DNA from: Squalus acanthias
Taxonomy: Eukaryota
Direction of reading: 5' to 3'
Length of the DNA stretch: 64,000 nt
NCBI GenBank assembly: GCA_030390025.1
Contig: CM059432.1
Span: 744,001-808,000, forward strand
The stretch's first letter is position 1; each line of letters begins with the position of its first letter. Shown here piece by piece: positions 35,950-48,389 of this stretch. A program made the translations under genes and the position numbers. Under the pieces are notes generated by a model, which searched no databases, was not told where the DNA came from, and saw only the letters and a program-made list of their open reading frames with translations.

Positions 35950-37430
35950 GAATATAAAAGCAAGAGGTCATGCTAGAACTTATAAATCACTGCTTAGGCC
36001 TCAGCTGGAGTATTGTGGACAATTCTGGGCCGCACACTTCAGGAAATATACAGAGGAGGTTTCCCAGGATGTTACCAGGGATGAGGGACTTGAGTTATGA
36101 GGAGAGGTTGGAAAAGTTCGGACTGTTCTCCTTGGAACAGAGAAGGTTAAGAGGTGACCTAATAGAGGTTTTCAAAATGATGAGAGGTTTTGATAGAATA
36201 GAGAGAGAAAAACTATTCCCTCTGGCGAGTGCGTCAATAACCAGAGGTCATCGATTCAAAATCATTGGAAAAAGATCGAGAGGGGAGATGAGGAGAATTT
36301 TTTTCTCTCAGAGAGTTGTGGGGATCTGGAATCTCCACCTGAAAAGGTGGTGGAAGCAGATTCCATCAATAATTTTAAAAGGGAGTGGGACAGGTTCTTG
36401 GGGGTGAGGAGCTCACAGGGTTACGGACAAAAAGCGGGGATGAGGGACTGAGCACGGCTGCTCTTTTAAAGAGCCAGCACAGGCACGACGGGCTGAATGG
36501 CCTTCTTCAGTGCTGTAAGTTTCTATAATTCTAATAGCAAAGCAGGTCCTGGTGATTCACCCTCTGCTGATTGGCGAGCTTCATTGTGAAGTATTCCTGC
36601 AAAGGGAAAAGGTACAGATGCATTTTGGTCACAAACATTGTTACACTTTCCCACCTGTTGATATTTGTGACCGAGTCAAAAAGAACTCAACATAAAAAAG
36701 GTCAGAGATGAGAACAGGGCATTTAGTCCATCAAAGCCCATCTCTCCAATACATGATTTCTTGCTTCATGGCATCTAATTGCATTTCGAATAACCCAAAT
36801 GGTTTTGTCTCTACTACCTTGCTTGGTAGACTATTCCAAACATTTATCACTCTTTTGAGTAAAGCCATTTTTCCTATCTAAATTTACTTTTCTCTAATTT
36901 CCAGAGAGAGGGAGGGAGGGAGTGAAGGAGAGAGAGAGGGAGAGAGAGAGTGAGTGAGGGAGGGAAAGGGACGATTGGAGGGAGGGAGGGAGGGAGAGAG
37001 GGGGAGTGAGGGAGGGAGGGATGGAGAGAGGAAGGGAGGGAGAGAGAGGTGATTTGATCGACGTTTTCAAGATAGTAAAGGGAACTGATAGAGTAGAGAG
37101 AAACTATTTCTGCTGGTTGGGGATTCTGGGACTAGGGGGCATAGTCTAAAAATTAGAGCCCGACCTTTCAGGAGTGAAATTAGGAGACACTTCTACACAC
37201 AAAGGGTGGTAGAAGTTTGGAACTCTCTTCCGCAAACAGTGATTGATGCTAGATCAATTATTAATTTTAAATCTGAGATTGATAGGTTTTTGTTAACCAA
37301 AAGTAGTAAGGATATGGGGCAAAGGCGGTTTTATGGAATTAGGTCACAGATCAGCCATGATCTCATTGAATGGCAGAACAGGCTCGAGGGGCTAAATGGC
37401 CTCCTCCTGTTCTTGTGTTCTTATGTTCCA
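35950..37430 (+). mobile_element. Two CR1 3' fragments (about 35950-36530 and 37048-37430) with a GA-rich simple repeat at about 36903-37047
   Basis: ORFs 35970..36407 and 37206..37547; purine-rich repeat between them. Confidence 0.75.
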
Positions 37431-40199
37431 TGTCTATCCTCTGGCCTTTATTTCTCACCTTATTTTGAATTAATTGGGGTTTATCCTAAAATGTTATCAT
37501 TCTGTTGTATATGTAGAATTTTGTTTCTATTCTATACTCTTCAGTGAGCTCCTCCTGAATGACTTTCTTTCTAGATTGGAAAGTTTGAGGTGGGTTAATC
37601 TTTCTTGCTAATTACCCCAGGGGAGGGCGGTGGTGTAATTTTACCCTAACCCGCCCAGCAGGAAAATGGAGGGGTGTAAACCGGGCGGACGACCCGATCC
37701 AATCAGTTTCCCGCAAGACAAGTTAGGTTAGAGTTACCCTCCCCTCCCCGCAACCTGGAATCAGTCTTGTTGCTCTTTTCTGCACCCATTCTAATGCAAG
37801 TAAATGTAGTATGGTGACCAAAAAAATAAGCTTGAGTTCATCCAAAACTCTGCTGCCCGTCTCCTAACTCGCACCAAGTCCTGTTCACCCATCAACCCTT
37901 GTGCTCGCTGACCTACATTGGCTCCCAGTCCGGCAATGCCTCAATTTTAAAATTCTCATCCTTATGCTCAAATCCCTCCATGGCCTCGACCCTTTTGTCC
38001 GATAATGTGCTCCTGTGAAGCACCTTGGGACGTTTTATTATGTTAAAGGCGCTATATAAATGCAAGTTGTTGCAGTTGAAAAGATGTTCAAGATTGGCGA
38101 CTCCAAACTAACTTACGTTAAGCAAAGGAGATAAAAGATGACAGGGCGGGTTTTTTTTATTCGTTCATGGGATGTGGGCGTCGCTGGCAAGGCCAGCATT
38201 TAGTGCCCATCCCTAATTGCCCTTGAGACGGTGGTGGTGAGCCGCCTTCTTGAACCGCTGCAGTCTGTATGGTGAAGGTACTCCTATAGTGCTGACTTTT
38301 TTCATAGCAGTTGTGTACAACTGAGTGTCTTGCTCAGCCATTTCTGAGGGCAGTTAAGAGTCAACCATATTGCTGTGGGTCTGGAGTCACATATCGGCCA
38401 GACCGGGTAAGGGCGACAGATTTCCTTCCCATAAGGACATTAGTGAACCAGATGGGTTTTTACGACAATCCGATAGTTTCATGGTCACCATTACTGATAC
38501 TAGCTTTTTAATTCCAGATTTATTAATTAACTGAATTTAAATTCCACAGCTGCCGTGGTCCAGACCTCTGGATTACTCGTCCAGTAACCTAACCACTATG
38601 CTACGGTATCCCTTCAAGAGTTATTCGCAACCACTTGATACAGTGTAGGTGGAGTATTTGATCGTAGGAACAGAAGGAGGCCATTCAGCCCCTCCAGCCT
38701 TTTATGCCATTCAATTAGATCATGGCTGATCCATTTACACACCTTGGTTCCATATCCCTTAATACCCTTACCTATCAAAAATCTATCAATCTCAATTTTT
38801 TACATTTTCAATGGACCCCCAGCCTCAACAGTTTTTTAATGGGGAGGGAGTTCCAGATTTGTATCATATTCTGGAGGAAGTCTTTTTCCCCCCCAATTGT
38901 TTTGTCTTTTCTCACAAGCCAATGATGCTGATTCTGATTCAGAAATATCCTCTGCTGCCATACAGGGCCAAGATATTGGAGGGAGAGGGGAGGGGGGAAC
39001 ACACCACCAAGTACATACCCCATAAAGGATAGCTGTAAATATAACTGGGCACAATTATTCTCCTGTTTTATTTTCTCTCTCTCAAATGACTCCTACTTCA
39101 CGGGGCTTCTGATTTATTAAAGCCCAGGTTTTGTGAAAACGCCCTGCGAAGTGAACCTCGTCATACCCGATCGGTTTTTTAAAAAAAACCTCAGCATTCA
39201 GCGGATCACGACACGACATTTTCAACAGGTGTGTTCCAAATAGGAAATAATGTACACAGCATGGAGTGACAAGGCTCCGATCCATCAAAGGGGCTTCAAG
39301 GGGGGAGGCTGAATGTTGCAACACAGCTCGAGATCAGATCAACAACATTGGAACTGCTCCCCTCGACCTCTTATAGATTAAGAAATGTTGGGCAATTTTT
39401 CTGTTGTTGTTGTTGTAAGCCGCCAAAAAAAGCTGGTGAATCTTCCTGTTTACAGCCCTGGCTCGCTGCCAGCAAGCTGGTTAAACTAAAGTGAGCTGCT
39501 TCACGCGGAAACGTTGGCAACTTAGGTTCCCCAATCATGTTGGTGGATATGAATCCCCTGGTCGGGGAGAGTGATAAAAGGGCAGCCGACAGCAGGACAT
39601 TTAAAAATAAATAAATCTAGAGCAGTTGGAGTTGCTGCTGATTTAAAGTGATATTTAAAAGTATATAGCGCGACCGTCCTTGAAGGGTACTGAAAAGGGT
39701 CATGTTATTGCGGAGGTAGAGATAGAAAGCAGTCTTTGTACGCATTTTCACTAATAATGGACTTCATAGAATCAGATAGCACAGAAGGAGGCCATTCGGC
39801 CCATCGTGCCTCTGCTGGCTCTTTGTGAAAGAGCTCTCCACTTAATCCCCGCTCTTTCCCCATAGCCCTGCAAATTATTCCTTTTCAAGGATAGATCCAA
39901 TTTCATAGATATCCATCCAAGACTTAAAAATGTGCAGCCTTTCAAAATTAAGAACAAAAGACTTCAGTTATCCAGCCTGAGCTTAATTTAGCAACACGCG
40001 TTGCATGTGGTTGCTGCAATGTATTAAATTAAATATGAAATAATAGTGTCCGATAATGTGTCCGTCTGTACTGGGAGTAAAAGGCTGGCGAAGAAAGAAT
40101 GTCAGGCACTCCTGCGGAAAGAAAAGGTATGTTGAGGCTTGTACTTTGACTTTTATTCCTTGATTTCATTCCCTGGCCGTTTGCCAGCAAGCTAAATGT

Positions 40200-40789
40200 G
40201 CACACGCAGTGCTTTCCAAACATTTTTATGTGCGATATTTCCCCCCTATTCTTCCATTAAAATAAAAAAAAACCCGGTTGTCCTGGGAAAGTCACCGGAC
40301 CGGATGGAATTTACACAAATAAATTTCACACAGAGTAGATTTGATTCACCTTTCTTGTGTATGTGAATTTCCAGTTGGTTAGAATTTGGTGCCTGACTCG
40401 TCATTCTAATGGCATGTAATTACATTAACTACACGGCGGTGCAAATTAATTAATATTAAAGCAAATTAATCAGAGAGAAACTGACAAAAATTTACATTTA
40501 ATAATCTGGTTAATCCCATTTAAATAAACCTTTCTAGAACAATTGGTACAAATTTCGGTAATATATATCTATCTTAAAATGTAAAAGCTGATATCCAATT
40601 AGTATTTTTTTTAAACTTCTAAATATAGAAGTTTGAAACAATGATTATTTGCAACTTGTGCAGCCAGGATTTCCTTGCAGTCCCAGTTCCTGGGGAGATG
40701 AGGGTGTGTGTGGTTAGGCTGTAGACTAGGAGCTGAGCTGCAGTGTGTTGAGAGAGAGAGAGAGCGAGAGAGACCAGTGACTGTGAAAC
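40200..40789 (+). promoter_or_regulatory. Putative laminin alpha promoter and 5' UTR
   Basis: TE-free sequence directly upstream of the ATG, TAAT clusters at 40417-40470, (GA)n at 40750-40773. The TSS cannot be determined from sequence. Confidence 0.45.
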
Positions 40790-41044
40790 ATGGCGAGAGG
40801 GGCGAGGGGAGGACTGCTGCTCTGTGCTGTCCTGCTGAACTGTGGGCAGCTTGCACCCAGCCGAGAGGCGCCAGACCACGTCAACGGCTTCAGCCTGCAC
40901 CCGCCCTACTTGAACATCGCCCAAGGGACCAAGATCGCGGCCACGGCCACTTGCGGGGAGGACGGATCGGGCAGGCCGAGGTTGGACCTCTACTGCAAGC
41001 TGGTGGGAGGACCAACTGCCGGAGTCTTCAGCCAGACTATCCAG
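40790..41044 (+). CDS. LAMA3: Laminin alpha-3 (long alpha3B form; alpha-5 not excluded), coding exon 1: signal peptide and start of the LN domain
   Basis: Kozak context AACATGG, hydrophobic signal peptide, then FSLHPPYLNIA...ATATCGE...LYCKLVGGPTA...TIQ. 255 nt, donor CAG|GTACAG, phase 0. Confidence 0.85.
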
Positions 41045-41420
41045 GTACAGGACTAACCCTGGCTACAGTGCGTTATAACCCACCTCCAGATAGGGGCATT
41101 CATTCCTCTTACTGAACGATCACTAGGAATGACAATCCAGGGAGATTTGTACTAAATAAAGGGGAAATGTGCAGGGCTATGGGGGAGTGGGACTAATTGG
41201 AGAGCTCTTTCAAAGAGCCGGCACAGGCACGATGGGCTGAATGGCCTCCTTCTGTGCTGTAGGATTCTATGCATGTGTGTGCGTATTCAACTTATCCAAG
41301 TTTATTCTATATGAATGTACTTACTGGTTAGATATGCTGCCTTAATTTGTGAAGGACAGTGTTGAATGTTAAAACCTTACAGGGCAAACATAAACTCGGG
41401 CTAAAGAAATGGTGGGAGAG

Positions 41421-42497
41421 CCAGCTGTTCCTGTGGGGGGGGGGGCAGGAGGCTGTTCCTGTGGGGGGGGGGGGGGGGGCAGGAGGCTGTTCCTGTGGGT
41501 GGGGGGGCAGGAGGCTGTTCCTGTGGGTGGGGGGCCAGGCGGCTGTTCCTGTGGGTGGGGGGCCAGGCGGCTGTTCCTGTGGGTGGGGGGCCAGGAGGTT
41601 GTTCCTGTGGGTGGGGGGCCAGGAGGTTGTTCCTGTGGGTGGGGGGCCAGGAGGTTGTTCCTGTGGGTGGGGGGCCAGGAGGTTGTTCCTGTGGGTGGGG
41701 GTCCAGGAGGTTGTTCCTGTGGGTGGGGGGCCAGGAGGTTGTTCCTGTGGGTGGGGGGCCAGGGGGCTGTTCCTGTGGGTGGGGGTGGGGGGCCAGGAGG
41801 CTGTTCCTGTGGGTGGGGGGCCAGGGGGCTGTTCCTGTGGGTGGGGGGCCAGGGGGCTGTTCCTGTGGGTGGGGGTGGGGGGCCAGGAGGCTGTTCCTGT
41901 GGGTGGGGGGCCAGGAGGCTGTTCCTGTGGGTGGGGGGCAGGAGGCTGTTCCTGTGGGTGGGGGGCCAGGAGGTTGTTCCTGTGGGTGGGGGGCCAGGAG
42001 GCTGTTCCTGTGGGTGGGGGGGGGGGGGGCAGGAGGCTGTTCCTGTGGGTGGGGGGCCAGGAGGCTGTTCCTGTGGGTGGGGGCCAGGAGGCTGTTCCTG
42101 TGGGTGGGGGCCAGGAGGCTGTTCCTGTGGGTGGGGGCCAGGAGGCTGTTCCTGTGGGTGGGGGGCCAGGAGGCTGTTCCTGTGGGTGGGGGCCAGGAGG
42201 CTGTTCCTGTGGGTGGGGGCCAGGAGGCTGTTCCTGTGGGTGGGGGCCAGGAGGCTGTTCCTGTGGATGGGGGGGGGGGGGCGCAGGAGGTTGTTCCTGT
42301 GGGTGGGGGGGCAGGAGGTTGTTCCTGTGGATGGGGGGGCAGGAGGTTGTTCCTGTGGGTGGGGGGGCAGGAGGTTGTTCCTGTGGATGGGGGGGCAGGA
42401 GGTTGTTCCTGTGGGTGGGGGGGCAGGAGGTTGTTCCTGTGGATGGGGGGGCAGGAGGCTGTTCCTGTGGGTGGGGGGGCAGGAGGTTGTTCCTGTG
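41421..42497 (+). repeat. G-rich minisatellite, 27-28 bp unit, about 38 copies
   Basis: Unit CAGGAGG(C/T)TGTTCCTGTGG(G/A)TGGGGGG(C). Confidence 0.95.
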
Positions 42498-43124
42498 TGC
42501 TGTACATGAATCTACTCCAGTTTATACCCAGGAGACCACAAGCGACTCTCCCCCCACCCCCAACACGTGTGAAGTGCAAGTGCTACAGAAACAGGGCAAA
42601 AATGCCACTTTAGCCACGGAAAACTTATTAATTGAACCGAATAAAAGCTGGGCTTGTAAACTAAATATACAGTGCATGCGATCGACTGGAGTAACATTTC
42701 AAATTAACACCGATATCTACCAGCCTTAAAATGGAACGAAAAAAACTGCAAGTACCGGAAATCTGATATCAAAGCAGAAAGTGCTAAACATACACATAAG
42801 AGTGGCATCTGTAAAGAGAAACCCCAGGTTATTATGTTCGGGGTTGACTCAAAACTCTTCTGATATTACACCCGAAATGTTAACCTGTTTTTTTCCACTG
42901 ACTGGCCATGTCCTGCAGTTCCAGCAATTTCTTAATTTTTATAATACCTAAGTTTTCAACTAGATTTGGGACGGATTTTAGTCTGTGTTGCTGACAAACT
43001 GCCTTTTGCTTAGTTGCAAGCGTACATTGAAACATGAAGTTTCTCCCTTGTGCTTATTGCAACAATGTGCCATGTTGCCCTGGATCAACCGTTCATTGTT
43101 CTTAGGGCGTTGCAACATTCGGGG

Positions 43125-43615
43125 CTCACGATTGGGTCACACGATGGGTCACATGATATGATTGGTCACACGATTGGGTCACACAATTGGTCACACAATT
43201 GGGTCACACGATACGATGGGTCACATGATTGGGTCACACAATTGGTCACATGATTAGTCACACGATTGGGTCACGATACGATTGGTCACACAATTGGGTC
43301 GCACGATTGGGTTACATGATTGGGTCATGCGATTGGGTCACACGATTGGTCATATGATGGGTCACATGATTGGGTCACACAATCGGGTCACGTGATTGGG
43401 TCACACGTTTGGGTTACATGATCGGTCACACAGATTGGGTCACACAATTGGGTCACACAATTGGTCACATGATGGGTCACATGATTGGTGACATGCTTGG
43501 TCACACTATGGGTCACATGATTGGTCACGTGATTGGTTACACGATTGGTCACACGATTGGTCACACGATGTCACAAGATTGGACCACACGATTGGGTGCA
43601 CGATTGAGTCACAAT
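43125..43615 (+). repeat. Degenerate 12-13 bp minisatellite
   Basis: Unit approximately (G)GGTCACA(C/T)GATT. Confidence 0.9.
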
Positions 43616-44164
43616 AGGGCTTGTTGTGCAATAGTTGTGCACTGGCGAAGATTTGCGCTGAGGCGGTGACTATAGAAACCATTCATAACCCCTTGTGCTG
43701 TGCTTGTGTGGAGGCAGTGAGGTCATTTTCCGATCAGGCATTCAGTGTGGATTGGGCTGCACGCCAACTGATAAAGGTTCATTGATTTCTACGGCTGTGA
43801 CTATTTTGTGTAGTAAAAATAAAATTCACCGTTGGTCAATCAGTTTGTCGCATTTACGTAAAAGTCTTGCACGTTTCTGTCATGTTATGGTGGCATAGCA
43901 GCGGAAAGTGTGGCTTAGAAGTGTGACACCACAAAAGAGTTGGATTTCAGGACACAGGAATCAAGGGCAGGACTGCAGGAAGGTAGAGGAACAGTGAAGG
44001 GTTTGGGCAGGAATTTGGGGGGGCTGAGGTGTGGCAGAGTACCTGAGAGGGAAGAAATGAAAGGTGGTTTGACTAAGTGACAGGAAGGGAAGGGGACAGG
44101 AGAGAACAGCTCAAGAGGGATAAAGAGAACAGAAAAAAAGGATAGAAGTAATAGGCTCAGGACT

Positions 44165-45260
44165 GGAGTGGCAGTCAACCACAATATCCCCCTCCGCTTC
44201 CCACCTGTTCAGATGAGTAGGACTGCCCTCGCCTGGTTCCCCTCTTACCTATCTAATCGTAGAAAGAGATTCTCCTTCAATGGCTTCCCTTCCTGCCCCC
44301 GCACCATTACCTCTGGAGTCCCCCAAGGATCTATCCTTGGCCCCCTTCTATTGCTCATCTACATTCTGCCCCTCGGCGACATCATCCGAAGACATGAGGT
44401 CAGGTTCCACATGTACGCTGATGACACCCAGGCCCTAGCTCTGCCTCACCACCAATTCTCTCAGCCCCTCCACTGCCTCTGTGTTATCAGCTTGCTTATC
44501 CGACAACTAGTCCTGGATCAGCCGCAAAACACCGGGAAGACTGAAGCCATTGTTTTCGCTCGCCGTCACAAACCCCATTATTTCGCCACCGATTCCATCT
44601 CCTTCCCTGGTCACTGTCTGAGGTAGAACTGGACTGTTCACAACCTCAGCCTCCTATTGGACCCCAAGCTGAGTTTCTGACCCCATATCCTCTCCATCAT
44701 CAAGACAGCCTACACACACCTCTGTAATACTACCAGTCTCGACCCCTGCCCCCGCCTATCCATTGCTGAAACTCTCATTACCTTCAGCTTGACTATTCCA
44801 ACACTCTCCTGGCTGGCCTCCCATCTCCCACTCTCCATAAACCTCAGCCCATCCAAAACTCTGCCGCGTCGATATTAAAATTCTCATCCTCGTGTTCAAA
44901 TCCCTCCATGGCCTCGCCCCCCTCCCCATCTCTGTAACCACCTCCAGCCCTACAACCCTCGGAGAGCTCTGCGTTCCTTCAACTCTGGCCTCTTGCGCAT
45001 CCCTCACTCCCTTCACCCCACCATTGGCAGCCGTGCCTTCAACTGTCTAGGCCTTAAGCTCTGGAATTCCCTGTCTAAGCCTCTCCGCCTCACTCTTCTA
45101 TTAAGATGCTCCTTAAAACCTACCTCTTTGACTAAGCTTTTAGTCACCCATCCTAATATTTCTTTGGCTTGGTGTCAGTTTTTATCTGATAAAGCTTCTG
45201 TGAAACACCTTGGAACGTTTTCCTACGTTAAAGGTGCTATATAAATGCAAGTTGTTGTTG
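44165..45260 (+). mobile_element. L2 LINE 3' fragment
   Basis: [29 protein letters not shown]; tail CTATATAAATGCAAGTTGTTGTTG. Confidence 0.88.
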
Positions 45261-45327
45261 AGTATGTCAATGCAAAAGTGGAAATAGAACTTAGCAGTTG
45301 TATTGGTGATCTAATTCTCAACCACAT

Positions 45328-46500
45328 GACTGCCCTTGACATCAAGTCAGCATTTGACTTAGTGTGGCATCAAGGAGCCCTAGTAAAATTGAAGTCAATG
45401 GGAATCGGGGGGGAAAACACTCCAGTGGCTGGAGTCATACCTAGCACAAAGGAAGATGTTGTGGTTGCTGGAGGTCAATCATCACAGTCCCAGGACATCG
45501 CTGCAGGAGTTCCTCAGGGCAGTGTCCTAGGCCCAACCATCTCCAGCTGCTTTATCAATGACCTTTCCTCCATCATAAGGTCAGAAGTGGGGATGTTCGC
45601 CAATGATGGCACAGTGTTCAGTTCCATTCACAACTCCTCAGATAATGAAGCAGTCCGTGCCCGCATGCAGCAAGACCTGGACAACATTCAGGCTTGGGCT
45701 CATAAATGGCAAGTAACATTCGCGCCACACAAGTGCCAGACAATGACTATCTCCAACAAGAGAGAGTCTAACCACTACCCCTTGACATTCAACGGCATTA
45801 CCATCGCCAAATCCCCCATCATCAACATCCTGGGGGTCACCATTGACCAGAAACTTAACTGGACCAGCCATATAAATACTATGGCTACAAGAGCAGGTCA
45901 GAGGCTAGGTATTCTGCGGCGAGTGTCTCACCTCCTGACTCCCCAAAGCCTTTCCACCATCTACAAGGCACAAGTAAGGAATGTGATGGAATACTCTCCG
46001 CTTGCCTGAATGAGTACAGCTCCAACAACACTCAGGAAGCTCGACACCATACAGGACAAAGCAGCCCGCTTGATTGGCACCCCATCCACCACCTTAAACA
46101 TTCACTCCCTCCACCACCTGTGTACCATGGCTGCAGTGTGTCCCATCTACAAGATGCACTGCAGCAACTCGCCAAGGCTTCTTCGGCAGCACCTCCCAAA
46201 CCTGCGACCTCTACCACCTAGAAGGACAAGGGCAGCAGGCGCATGGGAACACCATCACCTCCAAGTTCCCCTCCAAGTCACACACCATCCTGACTTGGAA
46301 ATATATCGTCGTTCCTTCATCATTGCTGGGTCAAAATCCTGGAACTCCCTACCTAACAGCACTGTGGGAGCACCTTCACCACATGGACTGCAGCGGTTCA
46401 AGAAGGCGGCTCACCACCACCTTCTCAAGGGCAACTAGGGATGGGCAATAAATGCTGGCCTTGCCAGTGACACCCACATCCCAGGAACGAATAATAAAAA
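45328..46500 (+). mobile_element. Second-family CR1-group LINE, RT C-half to 3' end
   Basis: [28 protein letters not shown] (decayed FADD), WQVTFAPHKC, LGVTIDQKLNW; A-rich end. Confidence 0.88.
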
Positions 46501-47247
46501 AATAACTGGAGGAATTAAACAACATACAGGAGGTGATCTCACTCACCTTATTGTATCTAGCTTGTTTGAGTATAGATGCACCTCAGGGAATTTATTGCAC
46601 AATTAAGCTGTTTTTACCATAAATGGCCAAGAATTATAATCACAAACCTCAGTCATTTTTCTTCAATAGCTATCTTTTCAGAAACGCCTACCTACATAAC
46701 AACAGTGACTGCGCTTCAAAGTAATCCATTGGCTCTGCTTTGGGATGCCTTGAGGATGAGTTAATGTGCTATATAATTGTTTATTTCTTGGCTTTGCAGC
46801 CGAATGTTGTTATGGTGAGCATGAGTGCCCCGATGTACAAATGTTCCTTTTTGCACGTCTGAGCAATGGCTTTCAGAGTACGCCCGGCTCCTGCCTCACA
46901 CTGACACTGTGCAGTGTAAATGCACCTTCAGGCATTCAATAGGGTTGAAACCTGGATGCTTTACGGACACACCAAACTATTTGAATAAGATGGGGTGATG
47001 TATGAACTTGAAAGCTGCTTTGTCTTTATATAAGATAGTCACTAATAAATCCAATAGGGAATTCAGGAGAAACTTCTTTACCCAGAGAGTGGTGAGAATG
47101 TGGAACTCGCTGCCACAGGGAGTGGTTGAGGCGAGTAGCACAGATGCATTTAAGGGGAAGGTAGATAAGCACATGAGGGAGAAAGGAATAGAAGGATATG
47201 TTGATCGGGGTGAGATGTAGTAAATAGAGTGGAAGGAGCCTCATGTG

Positions 47248-47419
47248 CAACACTCACGTTAAGCTGCACAGCTGTGCACTCACGCAGTGGCCTGGAAGTC
47301 CCGCGCAGGCCGCTCGCCGGCTTTTAAATAGAAAAGACCGCGTATGCGCGCTAATTTGAATGGGCTGAACAGCCCGTTAAAGGGGCCGCACACCCAAAAA
47401 AAAATGAATGGGAACACTG
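47248..47419. mobile_element. hAT-like MITE, 172 bp, inside a CR1 3' UTR
   Basis: 8-bp TSD CTC(A/G)TGTG (47240-47247, 47420-47427) and CA...TG ends. The right TIR reads CAGTGTTCCC; the left TIR is degenerate. Confidence 0.68.
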
Positions 47420-48389
47420 CTCGTGTGGAGCATAAACACCGGCATAAACCTGTTGGGTTGAATGGCCTGTTTCTGTGCTGTATGTAATTATTGAATCCAT
47501 GAATGTCTGCAGAATTATTATTTTAATTAAGCCTTTATAATCAGTAGAGTAATATTTTTAGTAGAAATTACTCGGAGCATGTTGTGCAAAATCATATTTA
47601 AATTAAATTATGGCAATATGTTTTGAAATGAGTAAAGGTCTAATTGGACACATTTGATTAAAATGTTGTGAGGTTTTATATAATGCAGTGAATGACTAGG
47701 CAGGGAGCTTATCCACAAGAAAATGAGCTTAGTCTGTAAGTAATTAGCACGTAAGTGTTTCACTGGGAAATGGTTTTGTTTTATTATGTTTGGAAATGTG
47801 GTGAGAATGAATCTTTTCACTGTGGAGGACAGGAATTTACGGTTGCGTTCAGATTTTTCTTTTTTGGCAAGTGAGTCTTTTAGGCTTGAGTATTCTTTGT
47901 AACGGGCGCTAGAGAGTCAATGATACATGTCAATTACATTGTTGGCTAACTAGTGTCCAGATAAGAACAGGCAATTTTTGATTACATTTGTGCAATGTTG
48001 TGATTGATATATGGAGATTTGAGAAAGAACAATTAAGAATGTAGTAAACAGGAGGAGGCCATTCAGCCCCTCAAGCCTGTTCCGCCGTTCAATTAGATCA
48101 TGGCTGAACTGCGACCTAACTCCATATACCCGCCTTGGTTCCGTAACCTTGCCTCCAGAGTGATTATCTGCACGAACATTTTTGTGTCCAAGGCCATGCA
48201 TGCGCGCTGTCACCGAGGCCGCGCATGCGCGCTGTCACCGAGGCAGTGCATGCGCGCTGTCACCGAGGCAGCGCATGTGCAGTACCCCACAGTTGTGGCT
48301 GCAGTGCAACGCAGGCCACACTTTCCTCGGCTCCGTGGGCCAAGGCCCGTCACTTGATCCGTGCTGGCCTGGGGGGAGAAGAGAGTATC

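Noticed and set aside
1..40000. Exons of a neighbouring host gene such as ANKRD29
   Set aside because: No recognisable non-TE coding exon was found; very short exons cannot be excluded by eye.
41359..42729. Long Gly/Cys- or Pro-rich ORFs (366-456 aa) resembling keratin-associated or mucin proteins
   Set aside because: They are open in several frames and on both strands because the minisatellite unit has no stop codon; the region is intronic.
42740..42930. Possible inverted pair of decayed Penelope hammerhead ends (CCCGAAATGTTAAC); similar trace near 21315-21385
   Set aside because: The core boxes and stems are not intact.
41421..43615. CRISPR-like arrays
   Set aside because: These are head-to-tail repeats without unique spacers, no cas genes are present, and the context is eukaryotic.
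48195..48278. Three CpG-rich repeats of CATGCGCGCTGTCACCGAGGC
   Set aside because: A short local tandem duplication with no supportable function.
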